Sequence record: SRR22947725_4056
Reading direction: 5' to 3' (one strand)
DNA length: 64,000 nucleotides
How positions within the stretch are numbered: the first letter of the stretch is position 1; the number at the start of each line of letters is the position of its first letter. Shown here piece after piece: positions 20,652-29,391 of this stretch. A program made the position numbers and the translations under genes. Below the pieces are notes generated by a model. That model saw only the letters and a program-made list of their open reading frames with translations, did no database searches and was not told the DNA's origin.

Positions 20652-21626
20652 GTGGTAGAACATAATCCTTTTGGCCAAGTCCTCGTGGCGATGGTCACCC
20701 CCATGACACTCGAGGGCGAGGTGGATTGGCCAGGAGTTGAATCCCTCATGGATTCATTGATTTCCCGCGGCGCAGATGGACTTGTCGTCACGGGGACCAC
20801 CGGAGAGACCAGCACCCTGACCGATGCCGAAAAAATCAGGCTTGTCACCACGGGAAAATCTGTTGCCGCAGGGCGCGCGAAAATTATCACCGGCGGTGGG
20901 TCTAACGAAACTGCCCACGCCATTGAGTTGTACAAAGCCAGCGAAAAAGCGGGCGCCGATGGCGTGATGGTGGTCACTCCGTATTACAACAAACCCACCC
21001 AAGCGGGCGTGCTAACCCATTTTCGCTTGATTGCTGATGCTACCGAGTTGCCGATGCTGATGTATGACATCCCTGGCCGCTCTGGGATTCAGATCACCTA
21101 CGAGACGATTTTGCGGGCTGCGAAGCACCCGAACATTGTGGCTGTCAAAGATGCGAAAGGCGATCTTGCTGAAGTGTCGAGGGTCATGAACCAGACAGAC
21201 CTGCTGTATTTCGCAGGCGATGACGCCAACGCCCTTCCGACCCTGGCCATTGGGGGAACGGGACTCATTGGTGTCACCGCCAACATTGCGCCTGAGCCCT
21301 ACCGGATCATGGTGGATGCGGTCAACGCGGGAAAACTTGCAGAAGCCACCGAGCAGCACAAGTCACTGGAGCCTCTGGTTCGGGCCACCATGACTCACGT
21401 GCCGGGAACGGTGGCGGTGAAATACATTCTTCATGGTCTTGGTCGGATATCTTCGCCCAGGGTGCGCTTGCCCCTGGTAGGCCCGGAAGAAGCTGAAGCT
21501 GCCGAAATAGAAGCAGACATCGACTTGGTGGGCACCGTGCCAGGTGTCGACTTCTCCAACTTCCGTCCCGACCGCAATGCTGCCGCTGGTGGCGCGTTGC
21601 CCAAGGTCGCCGGAACAACCCGATAA
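20652..21626 (+). CDS. dapA: 4-hydroxy-tetrahydrodipicolinate synthase
   Basis: GTTGE, VTPYYNKP, YDIPGRSG, VKDA; thyX-dapA-rnj synteny. Confidence 0.97.
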   Translation: MVEHNPFGQVLVAMVTPMTLEGEVDWPGVESLMDSLISRGADGLVVTGTTGETSTLTDAEKIRLVTTGKSVAAGRAKIITGGGSNETAHAIELYKASEKAGADGVMVVTPYYNKPTQAGVLTHFRLIADATELPMLMYDIPGRSGIQITYETILRAAKHPNIVAVKDAKGDLAEVSRVMNQTDLLYFAGDDANALPTLAIGGTGLIGVTANIAPEPYRIMVDAVNAGKLAEATEQHKSLEPLVRATMTHVPGTVAVKYILHGLGRISSPRVRLPLVGPEEAEAAEIEADIDLVGTVPGVDFSNFRPDRNAAAGGALPKVAGTTR

Positions 21627-21632
21627 GACTGT

Positions 21633-23312
21633 ATGCCCCAACCACTTCTTGACCCTCCACCGCTGAATCCTGGCACGCTGCGCATTGTTCCTCTCGGAGG
21701 GATAGGCGAAATCGGTCGGAACATGACCGTCTTTGAAATTGATGGCCAGCTCCTGATCATCGACTGCGGGGTGCTCTTCCCCGAAGAGACACAGCCGGGT
21801 GTTGACCTGATTTTGCCTGATTTCGAGTCGATCAGGCATCGCCTGGAGGACATCGTGGCCGTTGTTCTGACTCACGGTCACGAAGACCACATTGGTGCTG
21901 TTCCTTATTTGCTGAAGCTTCGGGGAGATATCCCCCTGCTGGGGTCCACCCTCACGCTGGCTTTGATTGAAGCGAAGCTGAAAGAGCACCGGATTGCCCC
22001 CCTGACCTTGGAGGTCAGTGAGGGAGGACGCGAGAAGCTGGGACCGTTTGACGTGGAATTTGTGGCCGTCAACCACTCGATTCCTGATGCGCTTGCGGTC
22101 ATGGTCCGCACGAGTGCGGGCAGCATCCTTCACACCGGGGATTTCAAAATGGACCAGCTTCCCCTGGATGGCAGGCTGACCGACCTTCGCGCCTTTGCGA
22201 GGCTAGGCGAAGAGGGCGTTGACCTTTTCATGGTGGACTCAACAAACGCTGATGTTCCAGGATTTACCCCCCGGGAAGCGGATATCGGGCCCGTTCTGGA
22301 GCAAATCATTCACCGTGCACCTCGTCGGGTGATCGTGGCAAGTTTCGCCTCCCACATTCATCGAGTGCAGCAAGTGATCGATGCTGCTGTGTCAAGCAAC
22401 CGTCGCGTTGCTCTGGTCGGGCGCTCCATGGTGCGCAATATGGGGATTGCCCACGAATTGGGATACCTGAAAGTCCCCGAGGGTGTCTTGATCGATGCGA
22501 AAAAGGCTCCAGATATGCCCGATGAGAAAGTGCTCTATATGAGCACGGGGTCTCAGGGAGAACCCATGGCGGGGCTTTCTCGGATGGCTAATCGTGAACA
22601 CCCGACGATTGAAATCGGTCCAGGCGACACCGTCATCCTGGCTTCGAGTTTGATTCCTGGCAACGAGAATGCTGTCTATCGCGTCATCAACGGACTGATT
22701 GATTTAGGGGCCAATGTGGTCCACAAGGCAAACGCAAAAGTCCACGTGTCCGGACACGCGGCGGCGGGCGAACTTCTTTACTGCTACAACATTGTGAAGC
22801 CCAGGCAGGTGATGCCCATCCACGGAGAAGCGCGTCATTTGCGGGCCAACGCAGAAATCGCCAGGGAGTCTGGTGTCCCCGCCGACAGCACGCTTGTGGG
22901 AGAAAACGGCAGTGTGATTGACATGACCGATGGTGTTGCGACCCTGACGGGGCAACTGGATATTGGGTTCGTTTATGTGGACGGTTCCACCGTGGGGGAA
23001 ATCACCGAAGCAGACCTGAAAGATCGAAGGATTCTGGCGGAAGAGGGATTCATTTCCATCTTCATCGCTATCGATACCCAAACCGGTGCGATTATCGTGG
23101 GGCCAGAGATTCATGCCCGGGGTTTCGCACCCGATGATGCCGTGTTTGATGATGTTCGCCCGGCGATTATCAAGGCGCTGGAAGAAGCCTCGAAGAATGG
23201 CACCCGAGACACCCAAGCCTTCCAGCAAGTGGTTCGCCGCACCGTGGGCCGCTGGGTGAACACCCAGCACCGTCGTCGCCCCATGATTGTTCCTGTGGTG
23301 ATCGAGGCCTAG
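21633..23312 (+). CDS. rnj: Ribonuclease J
   Basis: PLGGIGEIGRNM, THGHEDHIG, HTGDFK, HVSGHA, PIHGE. Confidence 0.98.
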   Translation: MPQPLLDPPPLNPGTLRIVPLGGIGEIGRNMTVFEIDGQLLIIDCGVLFPEETQPGVDLILPDFESIRHRLEDIVAVVLTHGHEDHIGAVPYLLKLRGDIPLLGSTLTLALIEAKLKEHRIAPLTLEVSEGGREKLGPFDVEFVAVNHSIPDALAVMVRTSAGSILHTGDFKMDQLPLDGRLTDLRAFARLGEEGVDLFMVDSTNADVPGFTPREADIGPVLEQIIHRAPRRVIVASFASHIHRVQQVIDAAVSSNRRVALVGRSMVRNMGIAHELGYLKVPEGVLIDAKKAPDMPDEKVLYMSTGSQGEPMAGLSRMANREHPTIEIGPGDTVILASSLIPGNENAVYRVINGLIDLGANVVHKANAKVHVSGHAAAGELLYCYNIVKPRQVMPIHGEARHLRANAEIARESGVPADSTLVGENGSVIDMTDGVATLTGQLDIGFVYVDGSTVGEITEADLKDRRILAEEGFISIFIAIDTQTGAIIVGPEIHARGFAPDDAVFDDVRPAIIKALEEASKNGTRDTQAFQQVVRRTVGRWVNTQHRRRPMIVPVVIEA

Positions 23313-23316
23313 AAAG

Positions 23317-23451
23317 ATGGCTGTGGATGACCGCATTCCCTTGCCCGATGCGGCTGAACTCGAGGTGGTCATCGCTGTTCCTGAAGGGCCTGGGCCGTTT
23401 CCCGTCGTAACAGCTGTTCACGAGGCCTTTGGGATTGATGAATCTATGCGA
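23317..23451 (+). pseudogene. 5' remnant of a dienelactone hydrolase family gene
   Basis: First ~45 codons (PEGPGPFPVVTAVHEAFGIDESMR) match the DLH N-terminal H-E-x-F-G motif; the frame then runs antisense into EamA with no GxCxGG nucleophile. Confidence 0.7.
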
Positions 23452-24424
23452 GGTTATCCTCGATTTCTTCGCGTTCGGGCAGGATTATGGGCCCTGTCTC
23501 TAGAGCCAAGTCACCCTGCACCACCACGTCGCTCGTCCGAGCGGTCTGGGCAATCACAATTCCCATCAACACTACCGAGGCGCCAACGATTTGACTCAAG
23601 CTCAATGCTTCATGGAGCCATAACCAGGCGGCGATGAAGGCAAAAGCAATTTCGCTGGTCGCGATGATGCCCGCCACCGTAGCAGAGAGACGCTTGAGGG
23701 CACTGAGCGAGAGGAGGAAAGGGGCGAAAGAACCCAGCGTCATATTCCACACGATGAACACCCATATCGGAAGGCTGGCACTCTCGGCCGATGAGCTGAG
23801 AGGGACGAGAGCAGTGAAAGTGTCGGGTGTGAAATTCCACCAGCCCGAAAACGGTGCCCAGAAGATGCTGGCGACGGTCATGGTCCAAAACGACAGGGCA
23901 AGAGGGGAAATCGTTTGCAACTGTTTTTCTCCGACTAGGAAGTAGGTCGCAAGACAGATTGCGGCACCCAGCCCCCATAACACTCCGACCGGATTGAGGG
24001 TGCTGGCCCAAATTTCGGCAACCACCACGAGGCCCACCAAAACGCAGGCAATGGCAATCCACAAGCGCTGGTGGACTTTTTCCTTGAAGAAGAAAAAGGC
24101 GACAAGGGCGACGATAAGTACCGCGAGGTATTCCAACAGCAGAGCAATCCCTACCGGCAGGAGGGCAATGGCAAAGGCGTAGGTGGCCTGGAGCATGGCG
24201 ACACCGACGATTCCTAGAACCGCGATGACAGGCCACTGACGCATCGGTACCCGAAATGATTTCCGGTCCAGGACGAGAAGAATGACCCCGGAAATCACCG
24301 CAGCGCCCAGCACTCGCATCTGAGTCAGCTGTATTGCTGTGAATCCGGACTCGATGACGACTTTGCTCACAGAGCCATTTGCCCCAAAAAGCACCGCTGC
24401 GAGGAGAGCGTAAAAGTAGCCCAT
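23444..24424 (-). CDS. EamA/DMT family transporter
   Basis: ~10 TM helices in two repeats; LPVGIALLLEYLA, ATVAGIIATSE; start ATG 24424 (the 514-aa ORF is an extension over msrA). Confidence 0.92.
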   Translation of the reverse strand: MGYFYALLAAVLFGANGSVSKVVIESGFTAIQLTQMRVLGAAVISGVILLVLDRKSFRVPMRQWPVIAVLGIVGVAMLQATYAFAIALLPVGIALLLEYLAVLIVALVAFFFFKEKVHQRLWIAIACVLVGLVVVAEIWASTLNPVGVLWGLGAAICLATYFLVGEKQLQTISPLALSFWTMTVASIFWAPFSGWWNFTPDTFTALVPLSSSAESASLPIWVFIVWNMTLGSFAPFLLSLSALKRLSATVAGIIATSEIAFAFIAAWLWLHEALSLSQIVGASVVLMGIVIAQTARTSDVVVQGDLALETGPIILPEREEIEDNLA

Positions 24425-24471
24425 CACTGCCCTCTTTCGGGCACGGGACCGTCGGCGAGAGAGGCTGGCAC
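24424..24471 (-). CDS. Candidate leaderless uORF (15 aa, MPASLADGPVPERGQ) coupled to EamA
   Basis: TACGCT-N6-GTG; its TGA overlaps the EamA ATG (TGATG). Confidence 0.4.
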   Translation of the reverse strand: MPASLADGPVPERGQ

Positions 24472-24565
24472 AGGATAAGCGTAGGGGGTGAAATGACGAT
24501 TGGGCGACCAATCTTGAGTGGCTGGGGTTGTGGCCTTCACAGCCCGCTCCCGTAGGGTGAAAAGC

Positions 24566-25093
24566 ATGAAAACTTACGTGCTCGCTGGTGGTTGCTTTTG
24601 GTGTCTTGATGCTGCGTATCGGGTGCTCCGAGGGGTGAGTGATGTTGTGTCGGGCTACACCGGAGGGGAAGGCGCCAACCCCACCTACGAAGCCATCTGC
24701 ACCGGAACGACGGGTCACGCGGAAGCCGTTGCGGTCACCTTTGATCCCAACGTGATTCCCTCCGATGTTATTTTGGATGCGTTTTTCACGATGCATGATC
24801 CCCGCCAGTTGAACCGGCAAGGCAACGATGTTGGAACCCAATACCGCTCGGCAATGTTCTACCGTGACGAGGAAGACAGGGCACTGTTCGAGGCCGCCAG
24901 GGTGAGAGCCGACCACACCTGGGACGGCGGAGTCGTCACTGAAGTCACCCCGCTCGAAGAGTTTTATGACGCCGAGGAATATCACCAAGACTTTTTTGGA
25001 AAGAATCCTTTCCAGGGCTATTGCCTCGCCGTTGCTGTCCCGAAAGTCTCAAAGGTAAGGGCAAGCTTCTCTGCATACCTCCTGCCGGTCTAG
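24566..25093 (+). CDS. msrA: Peptide methionine (S)-sulfoxide reductase
   Basis: GGCFWC, GHAEAV, QGNDVGTQYRS, AEEYHQ; TAGGGT-N7-ATG. Confidence 0.97.
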   Translation: MKTYVLAGGCFWCLDAAYRVLRGVSDVVSGYTGGEGANPTYEAICTGTTGHAEAVAVTFDPNVIPSDVILDAFFTMHDPRQLNRQGNDVGTQYRSAMFYRDEEDRALFEAARVRADHTWDGGVVTEVTPLEEFYDAEEYHQDFFGKNPFQGYCLAVAVPKVSKVRASFSAYLLPV

Positions 25094-25102
25094 TTGTCCA
25101 CA
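25094..25102 (+). promoter_or_regulatory. DnaA-box-like 9-mer upstream of ssb
   Basis: TTGTCCACA, the actinobacterial DnaA box consensus, immediately after the msrA stop. Confidence 0.5.
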
Positions 25103-25245
25103 GCCTTAGTTTTCCGAGCTGTGTCCGCTAAGACTGTGAGTCGCGGACACTTCGTCCCGGTGAAACGGCACAGTACCCCCAAGTCACATCGTGGTTCGGG
25201 GGATGTGGCCCATACCTAACCTTCCCCGGCCAGGAAGGACATACC

Positions 25246-25647
25246 ATGAGCGATCAGCTCACCTTGACCGGGTTGGTAGCCACCACACCCCGGCACATCG
25301 TCACCTCAGAAGGGCTTGCGATCACCAGCTTTCGGCTCGCGTCCCAGCAGCGAAAGTATGACCGCCAGAGCAACTCATGGGCGGATGGCGAAACGAATTG
25401 GTATACGGTCACCGCTTTTCGGGACCTTGCTGTGAATGCTTCTCAGTCGCTGAACAAGGGCGACCGCATTGTGACGGCAGGTCGAGTGAAAGTTCGAGAT
25501 TGGACAACCGAGGATCGAACAGGCACCTCCATTGAGGTTGAAGCCGACACGCTCGGTCACGACCTTTTCTGGGGCACAAGTCAGTACAAAAAAGTCGCTC
25601 GTAGGCACGCCGACGAAGAGTCGGGTCCTGACGACGAAACCCTCTAG
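25246..25647 (+). CDS. ssb: Single-stranded DNA-binding protein, secondary (SsbB-like)
   Basis: OB fold ITSFRLAS...WADGETNWYTVTAFR...SLNKGD...GHDL; lacks C-terminal PF tip; SD AGGAAGG. Confidence 0.93.
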   Translation: MSDQLTLTGLVATTPRHIVTSEGLAITSFRLASQQRKYDRQSNSWADGETNWYTVTAFRDLAVNASQSLNKGDRIVTAGRVKVRDWTTEDRTGTSIEVEADTLGHDLFWGTSQYKKVARRHADEESGPDDETL

Positions 25648-25657
25648 ACCCTTCGAT

Positions 25658-25695
25658 CTTTGTGGACACGGCTCGCCCTCGCCGTGTCCACAAAG
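25658..25695. terminator. Perfect 15-bp inverted repeat after ssb (terminator-like, arms carry near-DnaA boxes)
   Basis: CTTTGTGGACACGGC-TCGCCCTC-GCCGTGTCCACAAAG; no U-tract on the + strand. Confidence 0.55.
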
Positions 25696-25736
25696 TCGGC
25701 GGGGCGCTGCCGGTAAAGTCCCTAAACTAGGGGGCT

Positions 25737-27419
25737 ATGGCTGAATTCATCTACACAATGGTCCGTGCCCGCAAAGCGGTGGGCGAGAAGCTCATCCTTG
25801 ACGATGTCACGATGTCTTTTTTCCCCGGTGCAAAAATCGGTATGGTCGGCCCAAACGGGGCTGGAAAGTCGACCATTCTCAAGATCATGGCTGGGCTCGA
25901 CACCCCCAGCAATGGTGATGCAGCTCTGACGCCTGGCTACACCGTCGGCATCCTCATGCAGGAGCCGGTGCTGGATGAGACCAAAAATGTTCTTGAGAAC
26001 GTCCGTGATGGAGTTCGCGAGATTCACGGCAAGGTTCAGCGTTTCAATGAAATTTCCGCAGCAATGTCCGATCCTGACGCAGACTTCGACTCGCTCTTGG
26101 CGGAGATGGGAACCCTGCAGGAAGCGATTGATGCAGCGGACGCCTGGGACTTAGATTCGCAGTTGGAGCAGGCCATGGATGCCCTGCGATGTCCACCCTC
26201 TGACGCTGACATTACCCACCTCTCCGGGGGAGAAAAGCGCAGAGTGGCGCTGTGTAAATTACTGCTGGAAAAGCCTGACTTGCTGCTGCTTGATGAGCCC
26301 ACAAACCACCTCGATGCCGAGAGCGTTCTGTGGCTGGAGCAGCACTTGTCAAAGTATCCCGGTGCGGTTATCGCCATCACACACGATAGGTATTTCCTCG
26401 ACCACGTCGCGGAATGGATTGCCGAAGTTGACCGCGGTCGCCTCTACCCCTACGAAGGAAACTATTCGACCTATCTGGAAAAGAAGGGCGAACGTCTTCA
26501 AGTTCAGGGCAAGAAGGACCAGAAGTTAGCCAAGCGTTTGGCTGATGAGCTTGAGTGGGTCCGCTCGAATGCCAAAGGGCGCCAAGCAAAGTCCAAGGCT
26601 CGCCTCGCCCGGTATGAAGAGATGGCGGAAGAGGCCGATAGAACCAAGAAGCTCGACTTTGAAGAGATTCAAATTCCCCCCGGGCCAAGGCTTGGTCAGC
26701 AAGTTCTTGAAGCCAAGAAGATTAAAAAGGGTTTCGGCGATCGTGTTCTGATCGATGACCTCAGCTTCTCCCTTCCGCGCAACGGGATAGTCGGAATCAT
26801 TGGACCCAACGGGGTGGGAAAGTCCACCCTGTTTAAGACCATTGTGGGGCTTGAATCACTTGACGACGGCGAATTGATCGTCGGAGAATCAGTGAAGCTC
26901 TCCTATGTCGACCAAGAGCGTGGCGGTATCGACCCTTCCAAGACTCTGTGGGAGGTCGTTTCTGACGGCCTGGATGTCATTCAGGTAGGCAAGGTGGAGA
27001 TCCCTTCCCGCGCCTACGTATCTACTTTTGGATTTAAAGGCCCCGATCAGCAGAAGAAGGCGGGGATTCTTTCTGGTGGCGAACGCAACCGTTTGAACCT
27101 GGCACTCACACTCAAGCAGGGGGGTAACCTCCTCCTTCTCGATGAGCCCACCAACGACTTGGATGTGGAGACACTCTCCAGCCTGGAGAACGCACTCCTC
27201 GAGTTCCCCGGCTGCGCGGTGGTGATTACCCACGACCGGTGGTTCCTGGACCGTATCGCCACACACATCCTGGCCTATGAGGGAACCGAAGAAAACCCCG
27301 GGAACTGGTACTGGTTTGAGGGAAACTTTGAGTCCTATGAGGAAAATAAGATCGAACGGTTAGGAGCGGATGCGGCTGCGCCACATCGCTCGACCTATCG
27401 CAAGCTCACGAGGGATTAG
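25737..27419 (+). CDS. ettA: Energy-dependent translational throttle ABC-F protein
   Basis: 560 aa, two ABC domains (GPNGAGKS, GPNGVGKS), ELEWVRSNAKGRQAKSKARL linker. Confidence 0.97.
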   Translation: MAEFIYTMVRARKAVGEKLILDDVTMSFFPGAKIGMVGPNGAGKSTILKIMAGLDTPSNGDAALTPGYTVGILMQEPVLDETKNVLENVRDGVREIHGKVQRFNEISAAMSDPDADFDSLLAEMGTLQEAIDAADAWDLDSQLEQAMDALRCPPSDADITHLSGGEKRRVALCKLLLEKPDLLLLDEPTNHLDAESVLWLEQHLSKYPGAVIAITHDRYFLDHVAEWIAEVDRGRLYPYEGNYSTYLEKKGERLQVQGKKDQKLAKRLADELEWVRSNAKGRQAKSKARLARYEEMAEEADRTKKLDFEEIQIPPGPRLGQQVLEAKKIKKGFGDRVLIDDLSFSLPRNGIVGIIGPNGVGKSTLFKTIVGLESLDDGELIVGESVKLSYVDQERGGIDPSKTLWEVVSDGLDVIQVGKVEIPSRAYVSTFGFKGPDQQKKAGILSGGERNRLNLALTLKQGGNLLLLDEPTNDLDVETLSSLENALLEFPGCAVVITHDRWFLDRIATHILAYEGTEENPGNWYWFEGNFESYEENKIERLGADAAAPHRSTYRKLTRD

Positions 27420-28305
27420 GAACGCGGACCATTCCCTCCTGGGCAACGGAGGCAACGAGCGTTCCGTCCTGAGAGAAGATGCGACCAAGGGAAAGCCCTC
27501 GGCCACCAATGGCCGAGGGAGATTCTTGGGCATAGAGGAACCACTCATCGGCTCGAGCCTCACGGTGCCACCACATGGCGTGATCCAGACTGGCAATTTT
27601 TAGCCCCGGCGTCGACCAGTTCATTCCGTGGGCGCGCATGACTGGTTCAAGGATGCTGAAATCACTCGCGTAAGCAAAGGCTGCGCGGTGAAGGTTTGGT
27701 TCATCAGGGATCGGGCCAAGACACTTCATCCACACCGCTTGAGTGGGAGATGGCTCTCCCTCGGAAGTGATGTAGAGCGAAGACGGTACGTGGCGAAGAT
27801 CGAAGGCTCGAGTCTTTGCCCACACATCAGCAATGGGGTGGCCGATGGACCGCAGCACTTCTTGGGCACTCGGTAGAGAATCAGGGTCAGGAATACCCGT
27901 GGGCATCAGGGTCTGGTGGTCCACTCCTGGGTCTTCATCCTGAAAGGAGGCAATCATGGAGAAAATTGGCTGGCCTTTTTGGTAAGCCTGTGCTCGCCTC
28001 GTGGAAAACGAGCGGCCATCGTGGATGCGGTCGACGGCAAAAGTTATATCTTCGGTGATGTCACCGGGGCGCAGAAAATATCCGTGGAGGGAGTGAATCG
28101 CGCGGTCATCATCAACCGAATGCATGGCAGCCCGCGCGGCTTGAGCCATGACTTGACCGCCAAATACTCGCCCGTGGGGTTGCCATTGGCTGGGAGCGGT
28201 GAAAATGTCTTCTTTCGTCCTTGCCCGCGACGCTGTCAAGGTCAGCGCACCCAGCATGCTCTCTACGGGGTCTTGGGGTTCGTCTAATGCTTCAGAAGTG
28301 TCCAT
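27406..28305 (-). CDS. tesB: Acyl-CoA thioesterase II
   Basis: RVFGGQ, HSLHGYFLRPG, DGRSFSTRR, ASLDHAMWWH, QEG; start ATG 28305 (TAAACT-N7-ATG). Confidence 0.95.
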   Translation of the reverse strand: MDTSEALDEPQDPVESMLGALTLTASRARTKEDIFTAPSQWQPHGRVFGGQVMAQAARAAMHSVDDDRAIHSLHGYFLRPGDITEDITFAVDRIHDGRSFSTRRAQAYQKGQPIFSMIASFQDEDPGVDHQTLMPTGIPDPDSLPSAQEVLRSIGHPIADVWAKTRAFDLRHVPSSLYITSEGEPSPTQAVWMKCLGPIPDEPNLHRAAFAYASDFSILEPVMRAHGMNWSTPGLKIASLDHAMWWHREARADEWFLYAQESPSAIGGRGLSLGRIFSQDGTLVASVAQEGMVRVPNPS

Positions 28306-28327
28306 CGGTTGTAGTTTAGAGAACACC

Positions 28328-29005
28328 ATGGCAACGACCTTAACTTTTTCCTCCACGGAGGCTCTCGCCGACCTGCGAACATTCCTTCAACGCGCGGGTC
28401 GGGTGAATAACTCTTCTGCACGGGTCATTGCGGGGGAGGGGTTCCTCCAGGTGTATGTCGGCATACTCGTTCCCCGGGGGCTACTCGATCGCACCCCGAC
28501 GGTTTTAGGGCTCCGGGTGAGCGCCTTGGCTGAGGCTGTGCAGGAAGACACCATTGTCCCGATGGAGGCTTTCATCCACCGCCTCGGTGTTGCAGCGGAA
28601 GCGCGCCTTGCCACAGTTACGCTTCCAGCCTCGGTGCCGTCGTTGGCATGGGCTGCGATTACTCCTCCTAGAGAGCATTGGCGCCGCCGCAAAAGCATTT
28701 CTGGGAGCGACCTCCAAGCCGCCGCCCAACAGGGAATCGCTCGAGTTGCGGAAGCTGTCCCGGATAATTCGGGCGAAGCTATCGTGCAAAAGGTTCGGGC
28801 TGAAGTGTGGGGAGAGATTATTCCCCAAGCGAAGCGGATTCCCGCCGGTGCCGGCTTTGCCGCCGACGCTCTAGGGTTTTTGGCCGAGAGAAGCCTCAGC
28901 GTTCACAGCACCGGTCCATGGGTGCGTGTGAGCTCCAAGGGCGGTTATGTGCTCGTCAAATTCCCCACGGGGCATGACTTCGGGCCAGATACCGGAGAAG
29001 ACTAA
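28328..29005 (+). CDS. Conserved actinobacterial hypothetical protein
   Basis: DLRTFLQRA, PTVLGLR, WAAITPPR, VRAEVW, GAGFAADALGFL, GPWVRVS; usual position between tesB and globin. Confidence 0.75.
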   Translation: MATTLTFSSTEALADLRTFLQRAGRVNNSSARVIAGEGFLQVYVGILVPRGLLDRTPTVLGLRVSALAEAVQEDTIVPMEAFIHRLGVAAEARLATVTLPASVPSLAWAAITPPREHWRRRKSISGSDLQAAAQQGIARVAEAVPDNSGEAIVQKVRAEVWGEIIPQAKRIPAGAGFAADALGFLAERSLSVHSTGPWVRVSSKGGYVLVKFPTGHDFGPDTGED

Positions 29006-29391
29006 GGCTCGAAGGTATTCACCATCGACAGCGCTGCGCGCTGAAGGTAATCCCACAGCTCTTCATCATCCATCGGGGCAAGCTCCAGAGAGTCCAGCGC
29101 TGAGCGCATGTGTGTGAGCCAGTGCTCTTTCGCCTCGGGGTTTACGGTGAAGGCAGCGTGACGCATGCGGAGCCGGGGATGCCCACGCTCTTCGCTGTAG
29201 GTGGTGGGGCCGCCGAAGTACTGCTGAAGAAAGAAAGAGAGGCGCCAGATGGCTCCCTCGAGGTCGTCCTGGGGGTACATCGGCAGGAGCACTTCATCAG
29301 ATTTGATGCCTTCGTAAAACGCCTCCACCAGGCGGGTAAAGGTCGCCTCGCCGCCAATTCTTTCGAACAGCGTGGAACCAGGATTAGTCAT
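29002..29391 (-). CDS. glbO: Group II truncated hemoglobin (trHbO-like)
   Basis: FERIGG, FYEGI, MYP, QYFGGP, YSEERGHPRLRMRH, W..HM. Confidence 0.93.
   Translation of the reverse strand: MTNPGSTLFERIGGEATFTRLVEAFYEGIKSDEVLLPMYPQDDLEGAIWRLSFFLQQYFGGPTTYSEERGHPRLRMRHAAFTVNPEAKEHWLTHMRSALDSLELAPMDDEELWDYLQRAALSMVNTFEP

Noticed and set aside
24425..24988. N-terminal extension of the 514-aa EamA ORF
   Set aside because: Mostly antisense to msrA; the membrane domain starts at 24424.
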